Shown here piece by piece: positions 10,982 to 21,562 of a stretch of DNA of 64,000 nucleotides. Position 1 is the stretch's first letter. Each line of letters starts with the position of its first letter. Under the pieces are notes generated by a model. That model had not been told where the DNA came from, searched no databases, and saw only the letters and a program-made list of their open reading frames with translations. The DNA is from a virus: IMG/VR virus record IMGVR_UViG_3300022074_000021, positions 12,333 to 76,332 of that record. One strand, 5' to 3'. The translations under genes and the position numbers were made by a program.

Positions 10982-13899
10982 TATACATTAAAGGTAAAGT
11001 TTTTAGGATCTCTTGTAAAAGAACCGTTGCTTGCAGAAATTGAGTTAAAGTTAGTAGTATCTCCAAATGTGGATGTTCTTGTAATATTATTTAGTGGTTC
11101 ATATCTATTTGAATTTACAACGGAAAGTTTATTATCTGACATTTTAAAAGATACATCAACTATATGAGAAAAATCGTTTTTATCATTTACTATATACGTT
11201 AACTTAAACAAATCATTCAAACTATTATATGCAATGGTTGGTGTATGAACTGAATCTGGGGTATAGTTTCTAGCAGATAGTGATGGTATATTTAATTTGA
11301 AAGCACTAAGTGTTATATCAGTAGCTCCTTCTGGATATATCTTTCTTGATGTATTTTGTTGAATATTGTACTCATAAATTTCTGGATAAACAGCTTTATA
11401 GTTACTCGCTATTAGTCCGCAGGTATCATTTATATCATTACGAAAACGTGCAAAATAAACCATATTTGTATCCTCTACGTAGAAACGATTTGTAAATGCC
11501 TCTACTGTATTACCACTATTGACTGAATATAACGTATTAGTAGTGGCTGGTTGAGTAAATTTACCATTCTTATAACCTATTTTATCAATAATAAGAGTAG
11601 ATTTGGTTTGAAGGAAAATAGTATTTTGGATAATATCAAAATCTATAAGATCTTGACTAATTTGATTTTGAACTGCAGTTGAATATTTTGTGATCGTTTT
11701 AGCTAGAGCAGATGATAGTGGCTCTGATGTTGAATAGCTACCATTCTTAACATATAGTTTTCCTTCAAAAGATTTTTGTTCTTCTTTAGTAAGTGAGACA
11801 CCTGATGAGGTAAGATTAGAAACTACTGTTAATCCTCTAGAATCTCTACTATCTATATATCGATAATTATCAGAATAAATAAAGTCATTAGGTAGAACAA
11901 TTTCATCTGTAAAAAATCCACCTTCATATCTCTTATATTGACCTCCTGCCGAGAGGTAATATCTTACATCAACGTCAAAAGTAAGTTCGGAGTTTTCTGT
12001 AATAATATTAAAAGCTGCTTCCGTGGTAATATCTGATAATGGTGTTTGATTGGTTTGTAGATCTACTGGAGTAGGAAATGTACCTTCTGCAAGAACTGTA
12101 TAGTAATAATTAGTAGATGCGGGGTAACCTGGACCTAGCCCTGTAAGTGGGTTAGGAAGCTCTGAGCCGTCTAAAAAGGTAAAAGCGCCACCGTCTCGCC
12201 AATATGGTTTAATGTTCCTAGTATCCTGAATAAGTTCTTGATATGGATAGAATTCTCTCATATATAGAGTCAGCGGAGTACTTAAAGCTGTAAGGCCGTT
12301 TGTATATGTGCTAAGTCCAGACTTAATAGTAGTACCGGAAACACCGGTTGATGAGTAATTAAAATTATAACCGTCATTTATATCAAAAAACAAGTGACCA
12401 TTTAGCAATAAATTTTTAACTTGTGTAGATGCGCTTGTATCTATAGAATTTAAAGGTTCTTTTTTAAATAGAGCATATTCATTACCATATATGTCGGTTT
12501 GATATTTATTAATTATTCCTTGATTATATAAATCAGTAAAATTTAACTTATAGCTAAGATCATTACGATCTTTTAACTGGGTATCGTTACGCTCTTTTGT
12601 AGTATACGATTCAAAAGTAGTAGCTTTATTTGTAATTCTGGGGTCCCCAGCCGCTAGCCCACTGGATACGTTTCTTGTATTGAACCTATAATCAAATTTG
12701 TAATATACTGGGTATACAGGCTGTGGGTTAATTGAAACATTACCGTACTGTGCTGGATCTGGAAAAATATATACATTTCCTGTGTCTAACGAAGTAGTAT
12801 CTATTTCATACAAAAACGTTTCTGCTTGAAGTTTAAAAAGTCCGATATCATCTTCTTTAAAATTGAGACCAACATCTCTCAAAAGTTTGGTTTGATTACT
12901 TTCAACTGTCGCTGTATCAACTCCTTGCAAATTGAGAGAATTAGCAGCAGGATTATCCGCCCCTACCAATAACCCAGATGTTGCAGGGGTAGTAGTAGTA
13001 TCAATATAGTATATATCAGTACCAATATATTTAGAAATTAATGATCTTTTTAAAGAATAAAATTGAGCAATTGATAAGCCACCTGTTTCATATTGATTGT
13101 ATATTTGAACTAACTCGTTATCAGGATTACAAATAGCATCAAACTCGTCAGGAGTTAAAGAAGGTGGGTTAATTTTAAATGAGCGTAAATTAGTTAAAAA
13201 GTTATCACCAGAGGAAATAGCATTAATACCTGACGGATCTAAGTAATATTTGGTTTCAATTTCATTAATATTATTACTATTCCCTGTATCCGGAAGATCG
13301 AAATAATCTCCGTATACATCAATAAACTCTTCAATCTCTATACCTAAATTTTCTACTGCTGCAAAAACAGATTCATTTTCTGTATCAAGAGAGTCTTCTG
13401 TATTAAAGATAAAATTATAAATATTATCGAAAATTGCTTTCTCTAACCCCGAGGTACTACCTTTAATTTTATTTCTATCAATTACATATTTACCTTCATC
13501 ACGTTTTTTCTTATAAAATAGCGCAATATCCTTAAGACGGTTAGCGAAAAATGGTATAGCTACATCTAAATCAGCAGGGTCGTTAAAATTTATTTTTTCA
13601 AGGAAACGTTTTTCTGTTTCCGTAGTGTAGTTAATAACAATTTCTTTAATAAACTGCCTATAATAATCTTTAAATAGAGTTTTTTGCTCTTCTTTTGAAG
13701 AACCTTGGGTGGAATACCAACTTTGCAGATAAGCACTATAGTATGAGCTGTACTCTTCCGGTGAATAGTCAGCCTGTGTATTATTAATAAAATCTAGAAA
13801 GGAAAACGGGGCAACAGTATCTCTATATACACCATCTGTTATATCAGGATTAGTGATAGAATACTTAACTAGAACTGTTCTTATAGATTGGTCAGGCAT
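10981..13899 (-). CDS. Large virion structural protein (baseplate region)
   Basis: 972 aa ORF tightly packed with neighbours in the baseplate operon. Confidence 0.5.
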   Translation of the reverse strand: MPDQSIRTVLVKYSITNPDITDGVYRDTVAPFSFLDFINNTQADYSPEEYSSYYSAYLQSWYSTQGSSKEEQKTLFKDYYRQFIKEIVINYTTETEKRFLEKINFNDPADLDVAIPFFANRLKDIALFYKKKRDEGKYVIDRNKIKGSTSGLEKAIFDNIYNFIFNTEDSLDTENESVFAAVENLGIEIEEFIDVYGDYFDLPDTGNSNNINEIETKYYLDPSGINAISSGDNFLTNLRSFKINPPSLTPDEFDAICNPDNELVQIYNQYETGGLSIAQFYSLKRSLISKYIGTDIYYIDTTTTPATSGLLVGADNPAANSLNLQGVDTATVESNQTKLLRDVGLNFKEDDIGLFKLQAETFLYEIDTTSLDTGNVYIFPDPAQYGNVSINPQPVYPVYYKFDYRFNTRNVSSGLAAGDPRITNKATTFESYTTKERNDTQLKDRNDLSYKLNFTDLYNQGIINKYQTDIYGNEYALFKKEPLNSIDTSASTQVKNLLLNGHLFFDINDGYNFNYSSTGVSGTTIKSGLSTYTNGLTALSTPLTLYMREFYPYQELIQDTRNIKPYWRDGGAFTFLDGSELPNPLTGLGPGYPASTNYYYTVLAEGTFPTPVDLQTNQTPLSDITTEAAFNIITENSELTFDVDVRYYLSAGGQYKRYEGGFFTDEIVLPNDFIYSDNYRYIDSRDSRGLTVVSNLTSSGVSLTKEEQKSFEGKLYVKNGSYSTSEPLSSALAKTITKYSTAVQNQISQDLIDFDIIQNTIFLQTKSTLIIDKIGYKNGKFTQPATTNTLYSVNSGNTVEAFTNRFYVEDTNMVYFARFRNDINDTCGLIASNYKAVYPEIYEYNIQQNTSRKIYPEGATDITLSAFKLNIPSLSARNYTPDSVHTPTIAYNSLNDLFKLTYIVNDKNDFSHIVDVSFKMSDNKLSVVNSNRYEPLNNITRTSTFGDTTNFNSISASNGSFTRDPKNFTFNV

Positions 13900-13904
13900 A
13901 ATTA

Positions 13905-16133
13905 TTAATCTTCAAAAAGTTTGAGGCCTTCATACAAGGATTGTGAAAAAATATTTGACATAGTACCGTTATTTTTTGACCAATCGTTATAAGAAGTTAA
14001 AGTGTAAGAAATAGTATTATTAGGATCTGTAAAGTCAATTATAGAGTCTTCAATATCTGTAGTTACGTCTTTCTGATAATAAAAATTATAAATATCAAAA
14101 AGATCGCGACCCCCGCCTGTTATTAGCGGCCATCCCCATGTTGAATTGTAATCACTTAATCTGTAAAATGTTGAGCTAGCAGAGAGAGGTTGAGTAAAGA
14201 TCTCAACATCATTTTCCGTAGCTATTGCACATTGATTAAATTGCTCTATAGTAATAAATGTACCAGTGTCAAGCTGATCGGATGTTGCTGATATTAACTG
14301 ACCGGTGGAAGTGCCATATACAAATCCGGTTGTAGTAGCAATGGTAGGAGTAGTTCTAGCACTTAATGGTAAAGTAGTGTTTAGAGTAATAAACTTCCCA
14401 CTATACTTTTCTGCTGCCACTATTGATTGTCCAGCCACTATAGTACTACCTGCTGTTAGTTTATTACCTAAATTATAACCGTAAAACTCACTATCACTAT
14501 AGCCGTAAGATTGATAATGGGTTTGATTTCTATTGCGCTTACCAAATAATTGTGATTTACTAATAGAAAGTAAGTCAATAAGTCTATTTAATTTAGCTGG
14601 AAAAGAATACTTATTTAATTCCGGTAAATTAAGCATTTGCAAAATACTATCTAACTCATCAACATTACTTTCATCTATTGAAGAGTTGTTACTAAAGAAA
14701 TTTTGAATCTTTTCATATGTTGCTTTACCAATAGCATCTTGAGTTGAGCTTAAATCACCAAAGATAGATCCTAAAAAATCACTCATTAAAATTTTAGAAT
14801 CGGTAAATAACGGTTGGATTGCAATATCTTTAAAGGTTTGTTTAAAGTCAATATTTTCCCCTTCTTTAGCAATAGTATAAAAACTACTTGGATATATCGT
14901 AAAAGTATTACTAGCTCCAGATATTACATTACCTAGATAAGTAGTATGACCGGAAAGATAAACATTCTCTAATGTTGAAGCATTATTACTTACAAAATAA
15001 CCCTTGTAAAAACCACCTGTATCTAATGTAGATAGAGTCAGAAAATTAGAGGTAAATTCAACATTATAATTAGTAGTACCGTTAGTTAAAACAAGATTTA
15101 ACACTTGACCACTATTAGCACTTAACAATGGCATATTTTTTTGAGTAAAATTATTCGTATCTTTAACTTTAGTAACAAATGCAATTTTTGTAGTTGCAAA
15201 CTTTGTTGTACTAATATCAAAAGTTGAAAGGGTATTACCTACACCTTCACCGTCTATACCATTAGAAGTAAACGATAATCTATCATATGTATTGTTGGAC
15301 TCGATAGTAGCAGATACACCATAATTTGTTGTATTAGCATATTTAAAAATATCACCATGCTTATAACCAAAAGTAAGATTATAGGTACCTGGAAAATCAC
15401 TTTTAAAATATACATCAGCTGTACCAGTTAAACCAGCATAAAATGCTTCAGGATCTGTTTTATCAACTGATACAATTTCAGTACTACTTAATTTAATATA
15501 GATAGGGGTATTATCAGTTATTATATTGTTAACATCTATATTTTCAACAACCCCAGATGTAGTTAATGTTTGAACAAATGATGAATATGGTTTAAGATGG
15601 CCATACGTCTCGTCATTATAGCTATTACGAAAGTAATCATTATCTGACCCGGCTGAAGAGTATGCTACTATAGACGGTAAATTATTTTTAACAGACCTAT
15701 AGGAATTGTATCTATTAATAGTGATAGGAGCTTGTAACTGACCAGTATTGGCTGATAATATAGAACTAGCGCTAATTGTTAACGTATCCTCAATATAGTC
15801 CTTAATATTTACTTTTGATGAAAAGGTATCTAAATAACCGGTACCATTTTCATCATATAAATAACATGTAACTTTATATCTACCGGGAGTTTCATAAGAA
15901 TGTGAAGCAGTAACACTTTCTACCGTTGTACCATCTCCAAAATCCCATACTACTCTTTTATTAGATACAAAATCTTCTATACCATCAGTTAAGTTTGGTA
16001 TAAATGAAAGAGGTGTAAATGGTAATGCATAGCTCTCGTATGTCTCCACGTTTTTATAATCACGCACGTGGAAAAAATTATATAGCAAATCGAATTCACC
16101 GGAGGAATCGAGTTGTAAAGAACTTAGCGACAT
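13905..16133 (-). CDS. PKD-domain baseplate protein (positionally gp7-like)
   Basis: VWDFGDGTT...SHSYETPGRYKVT PKD motif; directly downstream of gp6. Confidence 0.6.
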   Translation of the reverse strand: MSLSSLQLDSSGEFDLLYNFFHVRDYKNVETYESYALPFTPLSFIPNLTDGIEDFVSNKRVVWDFGDGTTVESVTASHSYETPGRYKVTCYLYDENGTGYLDTFSSKVNIKDYIEDTLTISASSILSANTGQLQAPITINRYNSYRSVKNNLPSIVAYSSAGSDNDYFRNSYNDETYGHLKPYSSFVQTLTTSGVVENIDVNNIITDNTPIYIKLSSTEIVSVDKTDPEAFYAGLTGTADVYFKSDFPGTYNLTFGYKHGDIFKYANTTNYGVSATIESNNTYDRLSFTSNGIDGEGVGNTLSTFDISTTKFATTKIAFVTKVKDTNNFTQKNMPLLSANSGQVLNLVLTNGTTNYNVEFTSNFLTLSTLDTGGFYKGYFVSNNASTLENVYLSGHTTYLGNVISGASNTFTIYPSSFYTIAKEGENIDFKQTFKDIAIQPLFTDSKILMSDFLGSIFGDLSSTQDAIGKATYEKIQNFFSNNSSIDESNVDELDSILQMLNLPELNKYSFPAKLNRLIDLLSISKSQLFGKRNRNQTHYQSYGYSDSEFYGYNLGNKLTAGSTIVAGQSIVAAEKYSGKFITLNTTLPLSARTTPTIATTTGFVYGTSTGQLISATSDQLDTGTFITIEQFNQCAIATENDVEIFTQPLSASSTFYRLSDYNSTWGWPLITGGGRDLFDIYNFYYQKDVTTDIEDSIIDFTDPNNTISYTLTSYNDWSKNNGTMSNIFSQSLYEGLKLFED

Positions 16134-16148
16134 ATAACATATTTAATC

Positions 16149-17975
16149 TTACAATCGTCGTATAGCAATCTTATTCGTGATATTCTGAGGATTGTAAAAG
16201 TACGCAAATTGGAAATCTTCTAATTGATAATTTAATGACTGTAAAACATTATCTTCTTCTTTATAATCAGGATTCCATATGATAAAATTTAAATTAGGAA
16301 CTACACTATCACCATTAATAGTGTCGATAGCTGTAACACCCGGTATATTAAGAATATCCGTTGTAAGATTAGCAACTGATACTATACTACCTAATTGAAC
16401 ATTATTAAAATAATTGTTAATGATATTATAAATCGAAGATCTAACTGCACCATCATTAATAGCTTGATTTTTATCTAAAGTTACTCGTAGAGATGAGTTA
16501 TTAACAGTATCATCAACTGAATCATCATTAGAATTTGGTGCACCAAAAGCAAATGCTTTAAAAATCGCATCAGAAATAACTACATTTTGTGTTACATCTT
16601 TTTTACTATTGCAGAATTCTGTAATAAGTTGCTTTTGTGCTGGATTCAAATAGTTCGGAGTTAGTCCGTTTAATGTAGGATTACTGTCAGGAACTGTATA
16701 TACGTATACATTATTAAAGGAAGTAGAAGAAGAAAAAAGCACTTGCGAATATAAAACACGAGCATCATCATTACCATTTGCTAATCCTATTTCATTGTAA
16801 TAGGATAATACTTTTGATGTGTAATCTAAATTAGATAAAATTTTAACATCGCGTGTTATATTATTAAAGTTTCTATTAATTTGGTACTCATAATCATTCT
16901 TTGTAACTAAACGATTTTGAGAAGCAAAAACTTTTGGTGCGTTACGTCTTATTTCTGCAACAGTTTCAGCTACCTTAGTTGGGGATGAAGCAAATTGATT
17001 ATTAACAAGAATATCACCAAGCTGGGAAGGCACTATCAGTGTTTGATCAGTAGAATATATAATATTTTTAATAGCATTAAAGTTTGGAGATCCATATAAA
17101 TTAAATGAACTATTTGTAAGGGCATTAGGGTTTATTATACCAGCTTCGTTATCAGAGGTAACATAATAGATAATTACTGTATCATTAGCTTCTAATTGCT
17201 TACCGTTCAAATTATTACCAAATTTAAACTCATAATTACCACTACCATTAAGACGCTTTTCATATTTTTTAGCATCAGACTCTTCTAAAAACAACGAAGG
17301 AGTTTCAGTATATTCTGACCAAGATCCTGTTGTGTTATTTTGTACAAATATGTTAAAAGTATTATCACTAACAAAATTTGTATTACTAACATTAGATACA
17401 CTCTGTTTAAATTGTTTAGATGTAAACGTATCAACTAAAATAATATTTTCATAAGGCTCACCAGTTGCATTAAACGTTGTTTCTGTTACAGCTCCTTGAT
17501 AGAGAGTACTATTGGAAGTAGGTACAATTTCTAACGTATTATCGGTCGTTTTCTCAAATGTAATATCGTCTGTGGCAACATACGTGCTACCATTTGTGGC
17601 TATAGAACTAAATCTAGGAATTGTATATACGTTTGAAGTTAAATTTACTGCGGAAAGAGATATGTTAACTAAAGATGTTTGATCACCCAGTGGGTTATAT
17701 CCTATATTAGATACCAACTTATTCATGTTTTCATAAATAGTCGCAGTATTAAAAGCAGATTCATTTGAAGTTGTGTTTAACTGAAACAATAACACGTGAT
17801 ACATATAAGCTACTACATCAATAAACGCACTAAAATTTGATCCCTCAAAGTTTTGATCTGTAAATATTTCGTTCTCATTAAGCCTATCAATTATTAACCC
17901 CTTTAAAGAGTTGGCGTCAAAAGTGAGATAAGCATTCTTTGGAAGGCTGTAGTCTGTAAAATCTTGAAGGCTCAT
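16149..17975 (-). CDS. gp6: Baseplate wedge subunit gp6
   Basis: FTDQNFEGSNFSAFIDVVAY, YEFKFGN, ETVAEIRRNAPKVFASQNRLVTKNDY are T4 gp6 signatures. Confidence 0.9.
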   Translation of the reverse strand: MSLQDFTDYSLPKNAYLTFDANSLKGLIIDRLNENEIFTDQNFEGSNFSAFIDVVAYMYHVLLFQLNTTSNESAFNTATIYENMNKLVSNIGYNPLGDQTSLVNISLSAVNLTSNVYTIPRFSSIATNGSTYVATDDITFEKTTDNTLEIVPTSNSTLYQGAVTETTFNATGEPYENIILVDTFTSKQFKQSVSNVSNTNFVSDNTFNIFVQNNTTGSWSEYTETPSLFLEESDAKKYEKRLNGSGNYEFKFGNNLNGKQLEANDTVIIYYVTSDNEAGIINPNALTNSSFNLYGSPNFNAIKNIIYSTDQTLIVPSQLGDILVNNQFASSPTKVAETVAEIRRNAPKVFASQNRLVTKNDYEYQINRNFNNITRDVKILSNLDYTSKVLSYYNEIGLANGNDDARVLYSQVLFSSSTSFNNVYVYTVPDSNPTLNGLTPNYLNPAQKQLITEFCNSKKDVTQNVVISDAIFKAFAFGAPNSNDDSVDDTVNNSSLRVTLDKNQAINDGAVRSSIYNIINNYFNNVQLGSIVSVANLTTDILNIPGVTAIDTINGDSVVPNLNFIIWNPDYKEEDNVLQSLNYQLEDFQFAYFYNPQNITNKIAIRRL

Positions 17976-18001
17976 TGTATATATTTAATCTAGCGGCTTT
18001 A

Positions 18002-18487
18002 TTATACTATAACGTAGCCATCTTTATTAAGAGTGGCATTTAAAGAAAGCTCGTTAATATCAAGTTTTGGAATACTAAACCCAATTTCAATATCATATTG
18101 ATTATTATCCGGGTTACTAGTAATACGAACTTCATTAAGAGATATACGCGGTTCTTGTACCCCTAGATTTAAATAAATAAATTGCCCTAAAAAGTATGAA
18201 GTAGTCGTATTAATAGGTTCGAAAAGATAGCTTCTAAAATCTAAACCTAGTAAAGGATTTAGTAGTTTTTGACCGGGGGTTGTGGTTAATATATTTTTAA
18301 CTGAGTTAATAACAGCTCGACCATCTTGTAATTCAGCAAGATCTTTTGGCCCGGATGTAGAGTATAACTCAGGCTTAACGAAGCGCGAGAATTCTAAATC
18401 AAATTTTATATCTTTATATAAGTAGCCCTCCTCTAGAGATTTTTGCTCAAGAGGCGTTCTTTCTAAATTATCTAATCTTACTACCAT
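18002..18487 (-). CDS. gp25: Baseplate wedge subunit gp25
   Basis: AVINSVKNILTTTPGQKLLNPLLGLDFRSYLFEP...QEPRI (GPW/gp25 family). Confidence 0.9.
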   Translation of the reverse strand: MVVRLDNLERTPLEQKSLEEGYLYKDIKFDLEFSRFVKPELYSTSGPKDLAELQDGRAVINSVKNILTTTPGQKLLNPLLGLDFRSYLFEPINTTTSYFLGQFIYLNLGVQEPRISLNEVRITSNPDNNQYDIEIGFSIPKLDINELSLNATLNKDGYVIV

Positions 18488-18527
18488 AAATTTGTATAAT
18501 TATTTATCTAAAGGACTAAATAATAGT

Positions 18528-19031
18528 ATGGCTAAAGACAAAAAATTTCTCCATCTATTTGAGTATTATATGGCAAAATATCCTGCTCGTGGGATCCAAA
18601 GTGGATTTCAGCAGAATGACGTTTTTAAGTTCAATGATAATTTTAAAAGTGATGAAGTTTACGGAGATCTTCCAACTAACGTAAAAGAAATTATTGACGA
18701 TTTTATCGATACTGGTTTACATCTACGGGTAAGAGGTATTAGCCCGGAAGGTGATAAATTAACGTTATCTGTTGATCATGGTGGTGGACGATATGTCGGA
18801 ACAGTTGATGTTCCTTGTCATCTAGGTGAACCTGTTGATTTCGGTGTTAACTTACCATCTATACCCGATACTCAAAAGCGTAAGGATGATGTTAATATTA
18901 CTCCTAAAGAAGTTGAGCAAGATGACGAAAACTTATCTAATAAAACAGATAAAGGAGATGGTAAACTTACAGAAACAGAGATTACTTTAAAGAAAGAAAG
19001 TTATGTAGCTGACCTGTACTTACCTGAATGA
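18528..19031 (+). CDS. Hypothetical late protein
   Basis: Start moved to 18528 (MAKDKKF), 6 nt after CTAAATA. Confidence 0.6.
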   Translation: MAKDKKFLHLFEYYMAKYPARGIQSGFQQNDVFKFNDNFKSDEVYGDLPTNVKEIIDDFIDTGLHLRVRGISPEGDKLTLSVDHGGGRYVGTVDVPCHLGEPVDFGVNLPSIPDTQKRKDDVNITPKEVEQDDENLSNKTDKGDGKLTETEITLKKESYVADLYLPE

Positions 19032-19106
19032 TATGTAAAGGAGCAAAAACAACGTAGTGAGCTCCTATACGCATACGGTCAGTATTGGTAACATATAAGC
19101 GAAATT

Positions 19107-19799
19107 ATGACTCAGCAATTTGATGAAGGTTATAAAGAGATACTTATGGGGCTACTATCTTTAGGCGCTACCGCTTATGAAACTGACTACATTCTCAAAG
19201 CTCTTAAAGAAAGACCGGAGCCTATAGAGCAAAAGATAGATGCTGTTGAAAAAGCTGATGAATTAATAGCTTCTCCTAAATTTGATAAAGTAGCATCTGA
19301 ATTACTACAACAGCTTAAAATCGAAAAACCACCAACGGAGATTACTTCTAAGCTTGATAATATTCCAGACAAAGGCTCGACAGAATATATTCTTAATCGA
19401 TTGACTGATGGTGGGTTAACAAAAACTGCTGCTATAGGGGTAGTGGCAAATTTGAAAGCAGAATCTAATTTAAATCCAGCTATCAAACAACTTGATGGTG
19501 GTCCGGGCCGCGGGCTAGCACAATGGGAAAAAGGTGGTAGGTATGATACTGATCCCATTAACTTAACAAAATTTGCTAAAAGTAGAGGCACAGATTGGAA
19601 TAATCTCGATACACAAATAGATTTCATTTTATATGAAATGGAAAAACATCCAGAATATAAAAAGGTGAAGCAGATGTTAAATCAAACAGACAATGTTAAG
19701 GATGCTACTATGATTTTCTTAAAACGGTATGAAAAAGCCGGTACACCACATACTAAAAAGCGGTTGAAATATGCTACAGAACTAGAGGATATTATATAG
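19107..19799 (+). CDS. Phage tail lysozyme-family (Phage_lysozyme2) peptidoglycan hydrolase
   Basis: AAIGVVANLKAESNLNP...GRGLAQW...LDTQIDFILYEM...FLKRYEK. Confidence 0.85.
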   Translation: MTQQFDEGYKEILMGLLSLGATAYETDYILKALKERPEPIEQKIDAVEKADELIASPKFDKVASELLQQLKIEKPPTEITSKLDNIPDKGSTEYILNRLTDGGLTKTAAIGVVANLKAESNLNPAIKQLDGGPGRGLAQWEKGGRYDTDPINLTKFAKSRGTDWNNLDTQIDFILYEMEKHPEYKKVKQMLNQTDNVKDATMIFLKRYEKAGTPHTKKRLKYATELEDII

Positions 19800-19804
19800 T
19801 TTGT

Positions 19805-19812
19805 GTATAAAT
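19805..19812 (+). promoter_or_regulatory. T4-type late promoter TATAAATA (representative; TAAATA precedes most structural genes)
   Basis: Also about 6 nt before starts at 1788, 5082, 16133, 17975, 18528, 22803, 24766, 27481, 28917, 34324, 35073, 37158, 39588, 40213, 42009, 43082, 46174 and 56625. Confidence 0.85.
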
Positions 19813-19818
19813 ATATGT

Positions 19819-21561
19819 ATGGTTAAATTTATTTCTCTATATTTAGCTTTTTCTATAAGCATATTTTCTGCTGAGATAAATCATAGTTTAAAAATTGATG
19901 AAATTATTTCGGCAGATTTAAAGTATAAAAAACTATTAATGCCTAAGAAATCATCAGATGATGTATTTGTTAGAAGGGCTTTTTTAGATATAGTTGGAAG
20001 AATACCAACATATGAAGAAAGTATCGGGTTTAAAAAGTATAATGATAGAGAGAAGTTAGTTGAATATCTTATAAACTCTCAGGGCTATAATGAGTCGATG
20101 TTCAATTTCTATGCTGATACTCTTAGATTGAAGAAAAAACTTAACGGTAACGTCTCCGGTGAGACTTATATAACTTGGGTTAGAGAGCAAATTAAAAATA
20201 ATACTCCTTACAATAAATTAGTTAAAGATATTTTAACAGCCCAAGGTACAATATATACTAATCCAGCCGTTGGATATTTTCTAAGAGATGAAGGTATGTT
20301 ACTTGATAATGTATCAAATACCTTTCAAGCATTTGCCGGTATGGATGTCTCTTGTGCTCAATGCCATGATCATCCATTTGATGATTGGTCACAGATGGAG
20401 TATTATGAAATGAGTGCTTTCTTCACCACTGTTAATACCAGAAGTGATAAAGGTATGCGTAAGGAATATCAAAGACTTCGTAAGGAGGCAGAAGCAACAG
20501 ATAAAGCCAAAGAAACAAAAGGAGCTCTTAATGAGATTGGTCAATTCTGGCAACAAGGAGGATATCGTAATAAAGTAGATAGTGATCTTAAGAAGGTACT
20601 CTCTCTACCACACGACTATAAGTATAAAGATGGTGACCCTGGTGAAGTAGTTAAGGCTGCTACACCGGTTGGTGATAGAGTTAAAGAAACTCGCAAGAGA
20701 AATAAATTACAGCCAAGCTTTGCACAATGGATGGTAAGTGAAGAACACCCTACATTTACTGCTAATATTGTTAATAGACTTTGGCATAAAGCATTTGGCT
20801 TTGCCTTAATAGATAATCTTAACAATATAGCAGAATATGATGAGCTTCGTGAGAGTCGTAATGATAAGTTATTATTATATCTGGTTGATGTAATGAAGGA
20901 AGTTAATTATGATCTTAAGAAGTTTAACTCTATTTTATATAATACAAAGTTTTATGGGTGTGAAACAGACCCAGAAGATAATTTTCAAGGTCCTATTATG
21001 AGACGTATGACCGCTGCTCAACTTTGGGATAGCCTTATTACTCTATATACGGGAGACATAGATAAATGGCAGCCAGAGAATAGAATAGAAAAGTTCCGTT
21101 ATATGTTTCCGGAAGATCTAGCCACACTTAACTCTATACAAGCGTTAAAAGTATATAAAGATTTTAAAAGAATTGAGAAAGAATATTATAAAGGAGCCCC
21201 TAAAGCAGGTAAGGTCTTTGCAATTAGATCCTCTCATATCTTTGACGGTAGGGCTCGAAACTTTATGTTAGAGTTTGGAGGATCGGATAGAGAGCTAATT
21301 GAAAATGGTAATCAAGAAGCCAATATTATGCAAATTTTGACTCTTATGAACTCTGGTATGACCAAAGAGTTAATGTCAGTTAAGAGTAGACTTGGTCAGA
21401 AACTTTTAGATCTAAAAAGAAAAGAAGCAGTTAATTATGTCTTTCGTTCTTATATTGGTAGATCACCCTCAAAAGATGAGCAGCAAGCATTTAAAGGAGT
21501 TGGATTTTCTGATATTGTTTGGGTGCTTATTAACTCTCACGAATTCAAACTAATTATTTAA
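19819..21561 (+). CDS. DUF1549/DUF1553 (PSCyt2/PSD1) protein with signal peptide
   Basis: DDVFVRRAFLDIVGRIPT, CAQCHDHPFDDW, FTANIVNRLWHKAFG, RRMTAAQLWDSL, DIVWVLINSHEF; perfect TATAAATA 6 nt before ATG. Confidence 0.9.
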   Translation: MVKFISLYLAFSISIFSAEINHSLKIDEIISADLKYKKLLMPKKSSDDVFVRRAFLDIVGRIPTYEESIGFKKYNDREKLVEYLINSQGYNESMFNFYADTLRLKKKLNGNVSGETYITWVREQIKNNTPYNKLVKDILTAQGTIYTNPAVGYFLRDEGMLLDNVSNTFQAFAGMDVSCAQCHDHPFDDWSQMEYYEMSAFFTTVNTRSDKGMRKEYQRLRKEAEATDKAKETKGALNEIGQFWQQGGYRNKVDSDLKKVLSLPHDYKYKDGDPGEVVKAATPVGDRVKETRKRNKLQPSFAQWMVSEEHPTFTANIVNRLWHKAFGFALIDNLNNIAEYDELRESRNDKLLLYLVDVMKEVNYDLKKFNSILYNTKFYGCETDPEDNFQGPIMRRMTAAQLWDSLITLYTGDIDKWQPENRIEKFRYMFPEDLATLNSIQALKVYKDFKRIEKEYYKGAPKAGKVFAIRSSHIFDGRARNFMLEFGGSDRELIENGNQEANIMQILTLMNSGMTKELMSVKSRLGQKLLDLKRKEAVNYVFRSYIGRSPSKDEQQAFKGVGFSDIVWVLINSHEFKLII

Positions 21562-21562
21562 T

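Noticed and set aside
19029-19106. TGA read-through joining 18528-19031 to the in-frame lysozyme gene; AGGAGC/GCTCCT hairpin
   Set aside because: An in-frame TAA occurs 20 codons later; the hairpin has a 16-nt loop unlike SECIS and there is no Cys-like context.
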